From IMG/VR virus record IMGVR_UViG_3300018424_000006, positions 62,001-126,000 of that record: a stretch of 64,000 nt of DNA, one strand, 5' to 3'. The notes below the pieces were generated by a model. The model did not search any database, was not told the origin of the DNA, and worked only from the letters and a program-made list of their open reading frames with translations. The position numbers and the translations under genes are program-made. Positions 37,652-47,536 of the stretch are shown one piece after another (position 1 is the first letter of the stretch; each line of letters starts with the position of its first letter).

Positions 37652-38032
37652 ATGTTTGAAACATTTGTTTGGATCTACGGATCTATGTTTGTAGTTGGGG
37701 CCGTTATAAATATCGTACTTGTTTTCAATGATATTTCTGATGGAGGCATGATGGAATATTATGAAGAAAGTAGTTTGAAGATTTTGCAGCGTAACATCTT
37801 TAGTGTTATTCGAATAGGTATGTTAGCTCTGGTAGGCATTTTAATAACTGCCGGAGGCGCTAGACTTTACATGGGACCTGGTCACCATGAAGACATAAAG
37901 ATACTTATAGGTGACGCATTCTTCTGGACCTATGCCATTATCCCTATCCTTGTTCTTTCAAAGGCGTTGTGGGAAATCCGTTTCCGTAAAGCTAAGCCGG
38001 GACAGGCGGCTCTTATGGGGAGGCCTCTATGA
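37652..38032 (+). CDS. Three-TM membrane protein
   Basis: RBS GAGGG; three hydrophobic segments. Confidence 0.7.
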   Translation: MFETFVWIYGSMFVVGAVINIVLVFNDISDGGMMEYYEESSLKILQRNIFSVIRIGMLALVGILITAGGARLYMGPGHHEDIKILIGDAFFWTYAIIPILVLSKALWEIRFRKAKPGQAALMGRPL

Positions 38033-38421
38033 CAACTGGAGAAATGGTCGTCGTCTATCTATATGGCTATCTATTTCCGCTAACGGTTTTAATTTTCTTA
38101 CTCGTTTATATTGATGAGCGCCATAAAGATTTTCTGAGTAATGAAAACTATATGGTTCTATCCAATCTAACTAAAGCCATAACTAACTTCCCTCTGTATT
38201 CAATCGGCGGCGTAACCAGTATTCTAGTCGGTAGTGACTTAGGGTATGGGTCTTTTGATCCCTTCGATCTTGACACTATTCGTGAAAAGGACGCTCTAAC
38301 CTATAAGAATGCACTGATGTTTGTAAACGTACTACCTGCCGTTATTCTCATACAGGCGCTATTACGAAACCATAAGTTTCGAGTCGATAATAGTTTTCTT
38401 TATAATAAGGGGGAGTTATGA
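38029..38421 (+). CDS. Membrane protein
   Basis: ATGA overlap with the previous gene; RBS GGAGG. Confidence 0.7.
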   Translation: MTTGEMVVVYLYGYLFPLTVLIFLLVYIDERHKDFLSNENYMVLSNLTKAITNFPLYSIGGVTSILVGSDLGYGSFDPFDLDTIREKDALTYKNALMFVNVLPAVILIQALLRNHKFRVDNSFLYNKGEL

Positions 38422-38801
38422 GTGATTTAGAGTTATGGCAAAAAGTAGGTTTAGGTGTATGGGTATTAGGACTTATGTTTAGGTCCTATATATCTACGAC
38501 ATATCCTATACGTCAAGCAGAACTAAGAGGGACCACCTTAGCTAGAATCTCTCTTATTCTAACTATCCTCTTCTTTGCCTATTGCGGCTTAATTCTAGTA
38601 TGTATAGCCGGAGGGTTAATAGCCATTCTCCTTCTATATCTAACTGATGGTTCTATACAACCTTACCTCTACACATTTGTACAGGCCGTAAAACCATTAG
38701 TTCTGGAAGTAACAGCTATTATCGGATTAATCATAGCATGGGACTTTGATATCCGTGAACGTAAGTATAAAGGTTATGACTATTACGACTATCCTTTATA
38801 A
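38418..38801 (+). CDS. Three-TM membrane protein
   Basis: ATGA overlap; RBS GGGGAG. Confidence 0.7.
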   Translation: MSDLELWQKVGLGVWVLGLMFRSYISTTYPIRQAELRGTTLARISLILTILFFAYCGLILVCIAGGLIAILLLYLTDGSIQPYLYTFVQAVKPLVLEVTAIIGLIIAWDFDIRERKYKGYDYYDYPL

Positions 38802-38853
38802 CAAAAAAAGAAGCTACTCTACTCCCTCATGGGAGTAGAGTAGTATTCTGCCG
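38802..38853. terminator. Bidirectional terminator
   Basis: CTACTCTACTCCC-TCAT-GGGAGTAGAGTAG. Confidence 0.8.
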
Positions 38854-38854
38854 T

Positions 38855-39055
38855 CTAAGATAAGAAGGCTAGCATACGGCCTATTGTACCACCCGGGTTG
38901 GCAGGACTAATAAGCATTGCCTTACCTAAGCCTTTAGTTGGGTTAAAGTCCCCAACCTTCTTAGGTTCTTTCTTTTCTTCTTTGCCTTCGGCTTTCTTTT
39001 TAACCACACGACCTTTAGGTTCTTTTACTGGAGCGCCTGTTGTATTTAAAGACAT
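38855..39055 (-). CDS. Small Lys-rich early protein
   Basis: Start MSLNTTGAP (RBS AAGGA); sole gene between promoter 7 and a terminator. Confidence 0.6.
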   Translation of the reverse strand: MSLNTTGAPVKEPKGRVVKKKAEGKEEKKEPKKVGDFNPTKGLGKAMLISPANPGGTIGRMLAFLS

Positions 39056-39111
39056 ATTTATTTTCCTTTTGTCATTAATGAGAATTGATATGTTCAATCC
39101 TAGTCATTAAA

Positions 39112-39142
39112 GTAATATAGCCTTATACTAATCTAGAACACG
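39112..39142 (-). promoter_or_regulatory. Early promoter 7, fused to a terminator tail
   Basis: CGTGTTCTAG-N12-CTATATTAC; shares CG with TTTATGCCG. Confidence 0.8.
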
Positions 39143-39175
39143 GCATAAAGGCACTACTCCAATGGAGTAGTGCCT
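39141..39175 (-). terminator. Terminator with TATGCCG tail
   Basis: AGGCACTACTCC/GGAGTAGTGCCT. Confidence 0.75.
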
Positions 39176-39181
39176 ATTAAG

Positions 39182-40537
39182 TTATTCAGGTTTAACAAAT
39201 ACCTTAAGGGTACTGTTAGATCTATACTCAGTATCAGTCATACCGGTAGTTGCAGTTGTAATAACCGTCTGTACGCCCGTGAGAGTACCGACTGATTCTT
39301 TTACTAACCCATTCTTCATATAAAGAACTTTAACCGGCATACCGGGATACAGAAGACTCTGATTAGAATTCTGCCAGGTAAGCGTTAACTCGTGACCCAG
39401 TCCTTCCGTCAGATTACTGATTTCAGGATATGGATTATTCGTTATTCTCCCTTTCGCCCAACGGATATTATTATGTCCGTTTACAGGTTCTGCTATAGAG
39501 GTTTCTTTGAGAGTCTTATCCCTTTCTAAAGTTACTTTGTTTTCAGAAGGAACACCCATCAAATCCATTAAAGCAGAAGCCCTAACGTAACGCATACCAT
39601 TGCCTTTATTCAGCATACTAGAGCGACTAACGTCAGTCATAGTACTAGAGCCTGTAGAAAGGACGAAGATCTTCTTTCCGTCTTTCCTATAAGATCTTTC
39701 AATGGCAGGCATTTCATTTTCAGGTACATTAACTATCGTTAGAGTACTAGGCTTTTTATTGAAAAGTGTATAGTCTCTGGTAGGATATACAAACCACTTA
39801 CCGGCCTGCAAATAAACTCCTAGGCCGGAGCTGTAGATACCATAGTTCTTCTGAATGTAGTCAGGGAGATCTATGATGCGAGTACCTACCGGGATAATCA
39901 ATGGATCGATCACTCCTGAATTAGCGGGCTCGGATATCTCAACCCCACGAATACCTGTAAAGGTATCTTCCTTTAAAGGACCTATAGAAGTACCTCCATT
40001 GAGTCCATAACCCATTCCTACACGAAGTACATCTTTGATGGTAGACTCTCTAAAGATACCACCGAACTCTGCTAAACGAGAAGTGAATAAAGCTTCCTCA
40101 TTTAACTGGAAGGTAAAGTCTAGTTGATTAGCTGCTTCGTCTTCAGCGGCTCTATCTGATTCCTTTAGTTTAGCTAACTTATCAATGTCTGGGGCCGTTG
40201 TTAATGTAGCGGTATAGATTTGATAACTAACATCACCAAAAGACACATCTGAACCAGACTCTCCTTTACGAGAGCGAGTAACTTTAATCTTTAGGTTTTC
40301 CCGATGGGGATAGATATCTCTCTTGTAAGTAAAGGCACCTAACGTAAGTGTAATTAAAACCATATCTCCATAAGAGGATACATAGTCACGATTATAGTGA
40401 ATGCCGTCAACCCGGATTGCTTCAACGTCTTTATCTGGAGTAATAATTTCAGCTTCATATTTCCAGATATCAGCAGGTGCCCTGCTATTAGCCAGGGCAG
40501 TGATATCACTATAGATCGCTTCGTTTTCAAAAGCCAT
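39182..40537 (-). CDS. Virion structural protein, putative baseplate hub (gp101-like)
   Basis: RDY..SYGD, YIQK.YGIYSSGLG.Y.Q...WFVYP and W.NS...LLYPGMPVK motifs. Confidence 0.7.
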   Translation of the reverse strand: MAFENEAIYSDITALANSRAPADIWKYEAEIITPDKDVEAIRVDGIHYNRDYVSSYGDMVLITLTLGAFTYKRDIYPHRENLKIKVTRSRKGESGSDVSFGDVSYQIYTATLTTAPDIDKLAKLKESDRAAEDEAANQLDFTFQLNEEALFTSRLAEFGGIFRESTIKDVLRVGMGYGLNGGTSIGPLKEDTFTGIRGVEISEPANSGVIDPLIIPVGTRIIDLPDYIQKNYGIYSSGLGVYLQAGKWFVYPTRDYTLFNKKPSTLTIVNVPENEMPAIERSYRKDGKKIFVLSTGSSTMTDVSRSSMLNKGNGMRYVRASALMDLMGVPSENKVTLERDKTLKETSIAEPVNGHNNIRWAKGRITNNPYPEISNLTEGLGHELTLTWQNSNQSLLYPGMPVKVLYMKNGLVKESVGTLTGVQTVITTATTGMTDTEYRSNSTLKVFVKPE

Positions 40538-40540
40538 CTA

Positions 40541-41263
40541 TTAGTCCTCTTTCATAAAGGCGTATGGATCATACTCCTCTGCTTTAACCATATCTCCCTT
40601 ACCAAGAACAACTTCCTTGGTGGAGACCTTAACACGGTGACTAGCGGCTGCTCGGTTACCTTCGCTAGCAGGAGTGAAGTTAAAGAACATCTTATCAAAC
40701 TCAGCATAATCCACATTACCGGCAGTAACTGCTTCAGCCGCACCACGAATCTTATTTCGGAAGTTACGGATTTTAATCACATCTTCTTCTGGAGGCGGTT
40801 TGCGGTGAGGATCAATGGACTTAAGATTTTCCAGTTCGAATAGATACCCATTAACAATAGAGAATACTTCAGGAAGTTTCTCCCATTCCTTCATAGTGAA
40901 GGTGGCTTCCATATCAGCAATCTCAATCATTTGGTTAATGGTTAATTCATAAGACTCGATGTCTTGAAGAATTTCCATAGCCTCTTCATCGCTTTCACCT
41001 AAATGGGGCGTACCCATTAATAGGTCGATATGAGCTTGGTCATCATCATTACAGATGACTTCTATACCTGAGGCAATATGCTCGAAGTAAGCAGGAGCAG
41101 GTTCTTCTTCTTCAACTATCTTTGCTTCTTCTTGAATCGAAAGATAATTGATTACTTTAGTCATTACTAAATAGTTAGTATGGAAAAGTTTGTAGACATT
41201 AGAGTTGGGATCTAAACCGGCCCCTCTTCCGACTACGACTGGCTCGTCATAATTATTGGACAT
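40541..41263 (-). CDS. Conserved hypothetical protein (gp100 position)
   Basis: LTINQMIE and PPEED motifs; synteny. Confidence 0.6.
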   Translation of the reverse strand: MSNNYDEPVVVGRGAGLDPNSNVYKLFHTNYLVMTKVINYLSIQEEAKIVEEEEPAPAYFEHIASGIEVICNDDDQAHIDLLMGTPHLGESDEEAMEILQDIESYELTINQMIEIADMEATFTMKEWEKLPEVFSIVNGYLFELENLKSIDPHRKPPPEEDVIKIRNFRNKIRGAAEAVTAGNVDYAEFDKMFFNFTPASEGNRAAASHRVKVSTKEVVLGKGDMVKAEEYDPYAFMKED

Positions 41264-41282
41264 GACCTGCTCCTTTGCTGGG

Positions 41283-42470
41283 TTAGTTTACTGCCGACTT
41301 AAGTAATAAGAAGTAAACAGGTAATTGATAAAATCTTTCTTCTGGAGTTAGATTTGGTAGATTGTTAACTGGGTCGACAAGACTACTGTAGTCGGGACGA
41401 GTACCCATTAAGAAATCATGGACGAACTTATCTAGGACGGTATAGTTAGCTTCATCCGAATCATAGAACGCTTTAGAAAGAACGTAGTAAGGTTCTGCTT
41501 CATCAACAGGCGTAAGGCCATCTGTCCGTAAAGTAGGGATGCTCTTAGGATAAGCAACGCTATCAATAGGGCTGGTAGATAAACTATAATGGATACTGTC
41601 TGAAGAGAATGCAGAAGTAGCTACATTTTCAGTTTGTCTAGGAATAGAATCCTTTCCGTAACAAGTGGCCGTTAGAAGTAAATCCCAGATAGTTGAGATC
41701 TTCTTGCGATACTTACCATTCTTAACAGAGTACAGTTTAGGTTTTGGTTGGCTACCGCGTAATACACGAGGCACTACTTTGGACCAGAACTCTGCAACAA
41801 ATGGGTCGTAAATTAGCTTACCGTCATCAGGGTAAAGGATCGTCTCACTACGCTCATTAAAGAACTCATCATTGTAATAGGCTACTAATTTACCAATATC
41901 CACTGTACGGCCCGCTGAGGACGTTCTAGCGGTAAGACTGAGGTCTTTATTGACATTATCGAAATAACGCTCCTCTACGGTCTTTAAGGCAAGGTTCTCG
42001 GCTGATGAGACTGATAGTATTTCATAAAGTTCAAACTCTATACGATGGGCTGTATTAGCCGCATAGCTTAGACGAGTTACTTCTTTAATGATAAACAAAC
42101 ATTTGCCACGGTCAGACAGATCTGCAACAAAATGGTCATTTACGTTTGGTACGATACCCGGATAAAGTAATCCTTCTCCAGTAACCGTAGAATTACCTTG
42201 ACCATCGTCTGCTTCAAAGGTAAGATCGCCTTGCAGCATAAGCTCATAGTTATGAACCTTAATGTATTGCTGTAGAGTAGGATCAATACCCAAGTCTAGT
42301 GGAGAGGAAGAGTCATCGTCTCGCAGTAATTGCAAGAAGAAGTCTGCTCGCCAAACAGTACCTTCAATAGCACTGATAATCTTTAAAGGTTCAGTAGCCG
42401 AACCGTATTGCGTACTAGTATCTATTTCAGGCACTTCACGCTGTGTCGGTGTTTCTGTAACGAAAGCCAT
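41283..42470 (-). CDS. Virion structural protein (gp99-like, neck/adaptor candidate)
   Basis: IEG..W..DFF.Q, QQY.K....L.LQ, YPGIVPN..D.F.AD and YYVLS.AFY motifs. Confidence 0.7.
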   Translation of the reverse strand: MAFVTETPTQREVPEIDTSTQYGSATEPLKIISAIEGTVWRADFFLQLLRDDDSSSPLDLGIDPTLQQYIKVHNYELMLQGDLTFEADDGQGNSTVTGEGLLYPGIVPNVNDHFVADLSDRGKCLFIIKEVTRLSYAANTAHRIEFELYEILSVSSAENLALKTVEERYFDNVNKDLSLTARTSSAGRTVDIGKLVAYYNDEFFNERSETILYPDDGKLIYDPFVAEFWSKVVPRVLRGSQPKPKLYSVKNGKYRKKISTIWDLLLTATCYGKDSIPRQTENVATSAFSSDSIHYSLSTSPIDSVAYPKSIPTLRTDGLTPVDEAEPYYVLSKAFYDSDEANYTVLDKFVHDFLMGTRPDYSSLVDPVNNLPNLTPEERFYQLPVYFLLLKSAVN

Positions 42471-42473
42471 TTA

Positions 42474-44015
42474 TTACCTTCTCCTCGCTATAACGGAAGC
42501 AGACAAAACAGTCCCTCCGCCTTTACGTTTAGCTCGTTTAAATTCTTTATTCGTACCCGGTAGTTTACGAAGAATATCGTTATAACTAGATACAGTAACT
42601 TCAGTTCCAAATGGAACATGTAGTTTCCCTTCTTCATAGTCACTGGAAACCTCTAGATTAGGAGCCACTCCATACATTGCATCTAAGGTATCTTCAAAGT
42701 TTAATAGGAAGTCTTTGATAACCGCATTTGGTATTCTAGTCTGGTCTGTAATTGCTGATACACGAAGATAATATCTGTGGCGCATATTCATTGGTAAAAC
42801 GCTACGGATATTTAGATCCGCATCCAGAGTAAAGGTGTGACGAATCTGACCGTCTCCTAAACCAAACAATTCAATAAAGTAAGGGCCGTCTAGGTAAGTG
42901 TGAACCGAATCCAAATTGTTCTTAATATAGTTCTTTACTCTGGCAGGTAACAGATCGTCTCCTACCTGTCCTAGTGGACCTACGCTATGTTTGTCAGCAG
43001 CCTGTACTTGAACAGGTATCAGAAGAAGCGTTTGGGTATCGGCATATACTTCTCTAGGAAAGAAGTCGTCATAAGAGACCATGCGTTTACCGCCGTCCCC
43101 TAAATACTGAGTTCTTCTCTCGATAGGTTTGCCGCCAATAACTCTTCCATCTAATACCTTTTCTTCGCCTACAGAAACAGGCACTATTCTGTTAACCCAG
43201 CTATCAATATATTTGGAATCAATGCTGGAGTTATGAACCATAAAAGGAAAGTCTACAGCAATAGCAGAAGCACGTTCGTAATTATACTTAAACGTAATAC
43301 TAACATCGTGTTTACCTTTATCGGCAGTGGATGAATTATAGAACGTCTCGGTAACGAAATGTCCTTCTATATTACGCTGTAATTCATTTACTACTTTAAC
43401 TTGATATGAACCGCTTCTATTACTACGAGTAATAGTCGGGGTCTTTACAATGCTATCTACATACTCTTCTAGAGTATCGCCATAGCCGTCGTTCAGTTCA
43501 CGTAGATCATGCACATGCTTTACAAAGTTCCCTAAGATCTCAGGGAAAGCATAGTTGTACTGGATATCGAACGTATAACTAAGAGGACGAAACTTCTCTG
43601 CTATAGCTAAACGGTCTAACCAATTATTCATAGTAGACTTTGATTTAAAACTGAATGTCATTTCTAGTTCAGCTTCAATCGGTAAATAAAGAGTAGAGGC
43701 AGCGATACCAATAACCGGATCATGGATCAGTGGAGTATTAAAGCTAACAGAACGTAAGCGTTGTAAGATAGCTTGTTCCGAAATTCTGTCCACTCCTATA
43801 GCCCTTACACGGTTACTGTAGCGAGTACGTACATCTTCTTTCTCTGGGGCATCTTCCCCATCACGCTTACGAAGAACTTCATCGGTTTCAACCAAATCAA
43901 TTTCACCGTCAGACGGGAAACCTGTCTTCCGAATAATCGTGTCGATAATGCTTTTGCGTACATAGTTAGAAACGCTAATTGCATTATCAGGTAAGTTTAA
44001 TAAAACTCTGGACAT
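42474..44015 (-). CDS. Virion structural protein (gp98-like)
   Basis: FPFMVHN and SYDDF motifs; C-terminal TV....VIARR; synteny. Confidence 0.65.
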   Translation of the reverse strand: MSRVLLNLPDNAISVSNYVRKSIIDTIIRKTGFPSDGEIDLVETDEVLRKRDGEDAPEKEDVRTRYSNRVRAIGVDRISEQAILQRLRSVSFNTPLIHDPVIGIAASTLYLPIEAELEMTFSFKSKSTMNNWLDRLAIAEKFRPLSYTFDIQYNYAFPEILGNFVKHVHDLRELNDGYGDTLEEYVDSIVKTPTITRSNRSGSYQVKVVNELQRNIEGHFVTETFYNSSTADKGKHDVSITFKYNYERASAIAVDFPFMVHNSSIDSKYIDSWVNRIVPVSVGEEKVLDGRVIGGKPIERRTQYLGDGGKRMVSYDDFFPREVYADTQTLLLIPVQVQAADKHSVGPLGQVGDDLLPARVKNYIKNNLDSVHTYLDGPYFIELFGLGDGQIRHTFTLDADLNIRSVLPMNMRHRYYLRVSAITDQTRIPNAVIKDFLLNFEDTLDAMYGVAPNLEVSSDYEEGKLHVPFGTEVTVSSYNDILRKLPGTNKEFKRAKRKGGGTVLSASVIARRR

Positions 44016-44061
44016 TCCAAAGCCTCCTCTATAAGGATAAGTAACAGAAAATCAGACAAGA

Positions 44062-44094
44062 CGGCATAAAAAGCCCTAGGTAGTCCTAGGGCTA
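44062..44094 (-). terminator. Terminator with TATGCCG tail
   Basis: AGCCCTAGG/CCTAGGGCT plus TTTTATGCCG. Confidence 0.75.
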
Positions 44095-44100
44095 ATTTGC

Positions 44101-45402
44101 TTACTTCTCGATGTCTTCATCAGAAAATGCATTGCTGCCTGAAATCTGAGTATTAAGACGAGCAATCTTTCTACGGAAAGTTTCAAGAGGTTTAATCTCA
44201 AGAGGCATTAGTTTACCGAAGTGTTCAGCTGCTTTCTTGGCCGATATAATACGTACACGGTGATCACTACTAATGCCATCCATCTTACGAAGAAGATTCA
44301 TAGCATCGATAGCTTCTTTAAGATTAGTCTTGTTGTCTGTAATATCGTCAGTGATATCACCAAGCTCTTTGATAACTTCATTAAGAATCTTTTCAGATTT
44401 CTCTAGAAGACTGATGGCTTTATCTCGGGTACTGGCATCGACCATAATAAGATCTGGTACGGCACTAGTAAGAGTAAAGTTACTAGAACTAAAGATAACA
44501 ACATTAACGCCTACTTTACTTGCCTTAGCTAAAGACTGCACTCCAAATCCAAACTTCTTATTACCGAATAATAGATCGGCACGGAAATCTGGTTGTGTTT
44601 TAGTGATGACGTCTTCTACAGTTGTAGTGGCATTCTCAGCCGCACGTTTGTCGCCAAGCTTAACCTTAGTAAATTCATCTAAGACTTTTAACTGCTGACG
44701 ATGAGCATCCGGACGAGACTCAACATGCTTAGAAACGAAGCTGTATATATCTTGGGCTTTCGCTAATAGTTCTTTCGAGTTCTTGATGTCACTGAACTGC
44801 TTGTCTAGTTTAAGTTTATAAACTGACGGTACATCGGGTAGACCTTTAACTTTAGACATGACTTCATCAAAGATACTAGATGCTTCATAAAGAATCTTAT
44901 TAGGTTCATCAGACTTATCGGCTTTCTTAGCCATTTCAAAAAGATCGTCTTTTGCTTTTACAACAATCTTTAATAATTCAGAATCTTTCTTAGTCGCTTC
45001 CAATTTGGAAACAGTCTCTAGCTTATACGCTAGGAAAGAAATCTTGCCAGAGGCTTCTTGTGAAGTCTGGTCTTTAGATAGACCTAACCATATCTTAATA
45101 CGGTTGAAGATCTGAGTAATGGTTCGCACAATGGCTTCCCATATCTTTTTAGCAGTATCACGGATACTTGATTCAGTACCTGCTACTAACTCTTCTTCTA
45201 GTTCCCCATATAAAGGACCAGAGATAACTTTAAGAGCAGCTGAGAACATCTGGGACTGTTCAGACGGACCTAGATCGGCAACGGCCTCTAGTCCAGAATG
45301 GATAGCGTAAAGATTATCCAAGGCAAGTACAAGAGGTTTAATCTCCTCATTGAGAAGCTCATGCTCTCTTTCAAAATTAGTAATATCCATTTTTATTCTC
45401 AC
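44101..45402 (-). CDS. Internal head (ejection) protein, phiKZ gp93-type paralog
   Basis: Propeptide ending VAGTE followed by KKIWEAIVRTITQIFNRIKIWL amphipathic helix. Confidence 0.7.
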   Translation of the reverse strand: MRIKMDITNFEREHELLNEEIKPLVLALDNLYAIHSGLEAVADLGPSEQSQMFSAALKVISGPLYGELEEELVAGTESSIRDTAKKIWEAIVRTITQIFNRIKIWLGLSKDQTSQEASGKISFLAYKLETVSKLEATKKDSELLKIVVKAKDDLFEMAKKADKSDEPNKILYEASSIFDEVMSKVKGLPDVPSVYKLKLDKQFSDIKNSKELLAKAQDIYSFVSKHVESRPDAHRQQLKVLDEFTKVKLGDKRAAENATTTVEDVITKTQPDFRADLLFGNKKFGFGVQSLAKASKVGVNVVIFSSSNFTLTSAVPDLIMVDASTRDKAISLLEKSEKILNEVIKELGDITDDITDNKTNLKEAIDAMNLLRKMDGISSDHRVRIISAKKAAEHFGKLMPLEIKPLETFRRKIARLNTQISGSNAFSDEDIEK

Positions 45403-45449
45403 GACAAAAAAATAAAAGAAAAAATAAAGGAGGCCGAAGCCTCCTTTAT
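45402..45449 (-). terminator. Terminator
   Basis: ATAAAGGAGGC-TTCG-GCCTCCTTTAT plus long U-rich tail ending TGTCG. Confidence 0.8.
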
Positions 45450-45483
45450 TCGGATAAAGAATCAGTCAAGATTCAGGTAAAGA

Positions 45484-46854
45484 TTACTCTTCGCCTTCTT
45501 TCTTGTCGTCTTTCTTAGCTTCAGGCTTCTTGTAGTTGTCTTTAGACTGGATACCGAAGTTGGTAGCAGCATTAGCAACAGAAGTAGCGTGACCAGCAAC
45601 AGCAACTACTGGCTGGTGAGCTTTAGAAGCAAGACCACGGATAAGCATCATGCCGAACTTAGCAACGCCTTTGGCAACAACAGATTCTTCTTTGTCGTCC
45701 ATAACGCCTTTAAGGTCGTCACCAACTTTAAGAAGGTCTTTACCCATTTTGTCAAGGGCTTTGTCTTCTTCTTTAAGAGCGATAACTTTATCACATAGCT
45801 TAATTACAGCTTCAGCTAGAGAAACGATACCAGCTTTATCTAAAGCTTTGATAGTTTCTTTACCAGTGAACTTAGGCGCTTTATCTTCCGCATCCATAAG
45901 AGCTAGCTTCTCAAGCTTAGCTTTGTTACCACCTTTAGTTTTGGTGATAGCTAGGAAAACAGACTTGCCACCTAGGTATTCTTCGCCTTTAGAAACTTCA
46001 ACTTTATCGTCGTTGAAACGGTCATCACCAGTTACAGCTTTAAGGCCGTAAGCAGCAGCTACGTCTTTGTAGAAAGTAGCAGCAGCACCGTTAGTGATTT
46101 CTAAAGATTTAGCGTCGCTATCTTCTTTAGTAGCAGCTACGAAAGATTCAGCATACTTAACTGCAGCAGAACCTACTTTGTCAGAACCAGACATGTCTTC
46201 AACAAGTTTCAACATTTCTTCAACGTTCTTAACAACATCGTCCTGAACCTTACCGCCTTTAGCGAAGAACTTAACAGCACCGCCAAGTTTTAGTTCAGCT
46301 TCTTTCTGCTCTAGAGAGTCAGAGATTTCGCCAGCAGCTTCTTTAAGCTTCTCGGCGCGACCTTTTAGACGGCCAACAAGAGCAACGTTCTTAACGAAGA
46401 ACATTTGGATTTTCTTCGCCATGTCTTTGATGAACTTAACGATAGTATCCCATACTTTCTTAGCAGTTTCGCCAAGAGCTTCACAAGCAGCAACAGTAGC
46501 TTCGTGACGACCGCCGTCTTCGCTGTAGTTTTCTTGTGCAGGAACAAGTAGGACGTTTTCAGCACCGCCGAATGGAGTCAAAGTGGCGTCAGCAGCGATT
46601 GCAAATAAAGCAGCTTCTGCTTCGTTCATACCGCCGTTTTCAGCAGCAGCTTCTGCTTGAGCTAGAAGAGTTTCTAGGCCGCCAGCAACTTGTTCAGCTT
46701 GGTCGATCATTTCAACTTGTAGGTCAAGATCAGCTTTAGCTTCGAAATATTCGTTAGTAGTGTCTTGCTCAAGTGCAAGGTGTTCTACGCCAGCAATTGG
46801 TGTAGTTTTCTCGGCAGCCAAAGCGCCGGCCATCATAGATTGAATTTTAGACAT
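45484..46854 (-). CDS. Abundant internal head protein, phiKZ gp93-type paralog
   Basis: GLE...AENGGM...A propeptide, ACE then KKVWDTIVKFIK; strong codon bias. Confidence 0.75.
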   Translation of the reverse strand: MSKIQSMMAGALAAEKTTPIAGVEHLALEQDTTNEYFEAKADLDLQVEMIDQAEQVAGGLETLLAQAEAAAENGGMNEAEAALFAIAADATLTPFGGAENVLLVPAQENYSEDGGRHEATVAACEALGETAKKVWDTIVKFIKDMAKKIQMFFVKNVALVGRLKGRAEKLKEAAGEISDSLEQKEAELKLGGAVKFFAKGGKVQDDVVKNVEEMLKLVEDMSGSDKVGSAAVKYAESFVAATKEDSDAKSLEITNGAAATFYKDVAAAYGLKAVTGDDRFNDDKVEVSKGEEYLGGKSVFLAITKTKGGNKAKLEKLALMDAEDKAPKFTGKETIKALDKAGIVSLAEAVIKLCDKVIALKEEDKALDKMGKDLLKVGDDLKGVMDDKEESVVAKGVAKFGMMLIRGLASKAHQPVVAVAGHATSVANAATNFGIQSKDNYKKPEAKKDDKKEGEE

Positions 46855-47020
46855 TTTTAAGTTTCCTTAAACATTTTCATTTAACGCGTTAAAAAGAAGG
46901 CTACACAACCTAGGCTTGTGAAGTAAGCCTTCTCACCACATGATAAGACTCTGATTAAAGACCTAGAAACACTGGTAAACTCCGGTCTTTAAACACTGGG
47001 TCAAATATGTTCTAAAAAGA

Positions 47021-47536
47021 CTATTTTAAATAGTCGCGATGCACCTTGGTAATTTCATTGTAGTTACACAAGAAAAGTACGTCCAGTGCGTATTGTGCTT
47101 CAACTAATTCTTTCAACGAAAAGAATTCAATTGCCGACACAGAACTAGGCATCTCATGACCTAAGTCGTTGAGAAGTCCAGTAAGTTCTTTGTAGTATTT
47201 CATCTGCTCATCACGAGTAAAGACGTCATACTCTTTATACAAAGGATAAGAGTTACCTTCAACCGTACTAGGCTCATCTTTAGGCCCGTTGAAGTCACGG
47301 TAATAAGAAACTAGTTCCAATGGCTCTGTAGAGCGAATCCCAGTGCGAGCATCTTTTAATACGGCACGGGATACTTCTAGCTGAATACGGTCATTCAGTT
47401 TAGCCTGTACTTTAGCGTTAGCCAAAGCATGCGTAACCTTAAGAACATCTTCAGCATCCATTACGCCACCTTCCGCATATACTTTACGGATAGTTGGCAT
47501 AAGGAGATCACGATCTCTAGGATGAAGTTTAAACAT
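47021..47536 (-). CDS. Conserved hypothetical/virion protein (gp91 position)
   Basis: Coupled to the upstream head gene; synteny. Confidence 0.6.
   Translation of the reverse strand: MFKLHPRDRDLLMPTIRKVYAEGGVMDAEDVLKVTHALANAKVQAKLNDRIQLEVSRAVLKDARTGIRSTEPLELVSYYRDFNGPKDEPSTVEGNSYPLYKEYDVFTRDEQMKYYKELTGLLNDLGHEMPSSVSAIEFFSLKELVEAQYALDVLFLCNYNEITKVHRDYLK

Noticed and set aside
32252-46739. Long antisense ORFs over capsid and head genes (e.g. 32252-32590, 44273-44698, 45650-46051)
   Set aside because: Shadow frames caused by codon bias of highly expressed genes.
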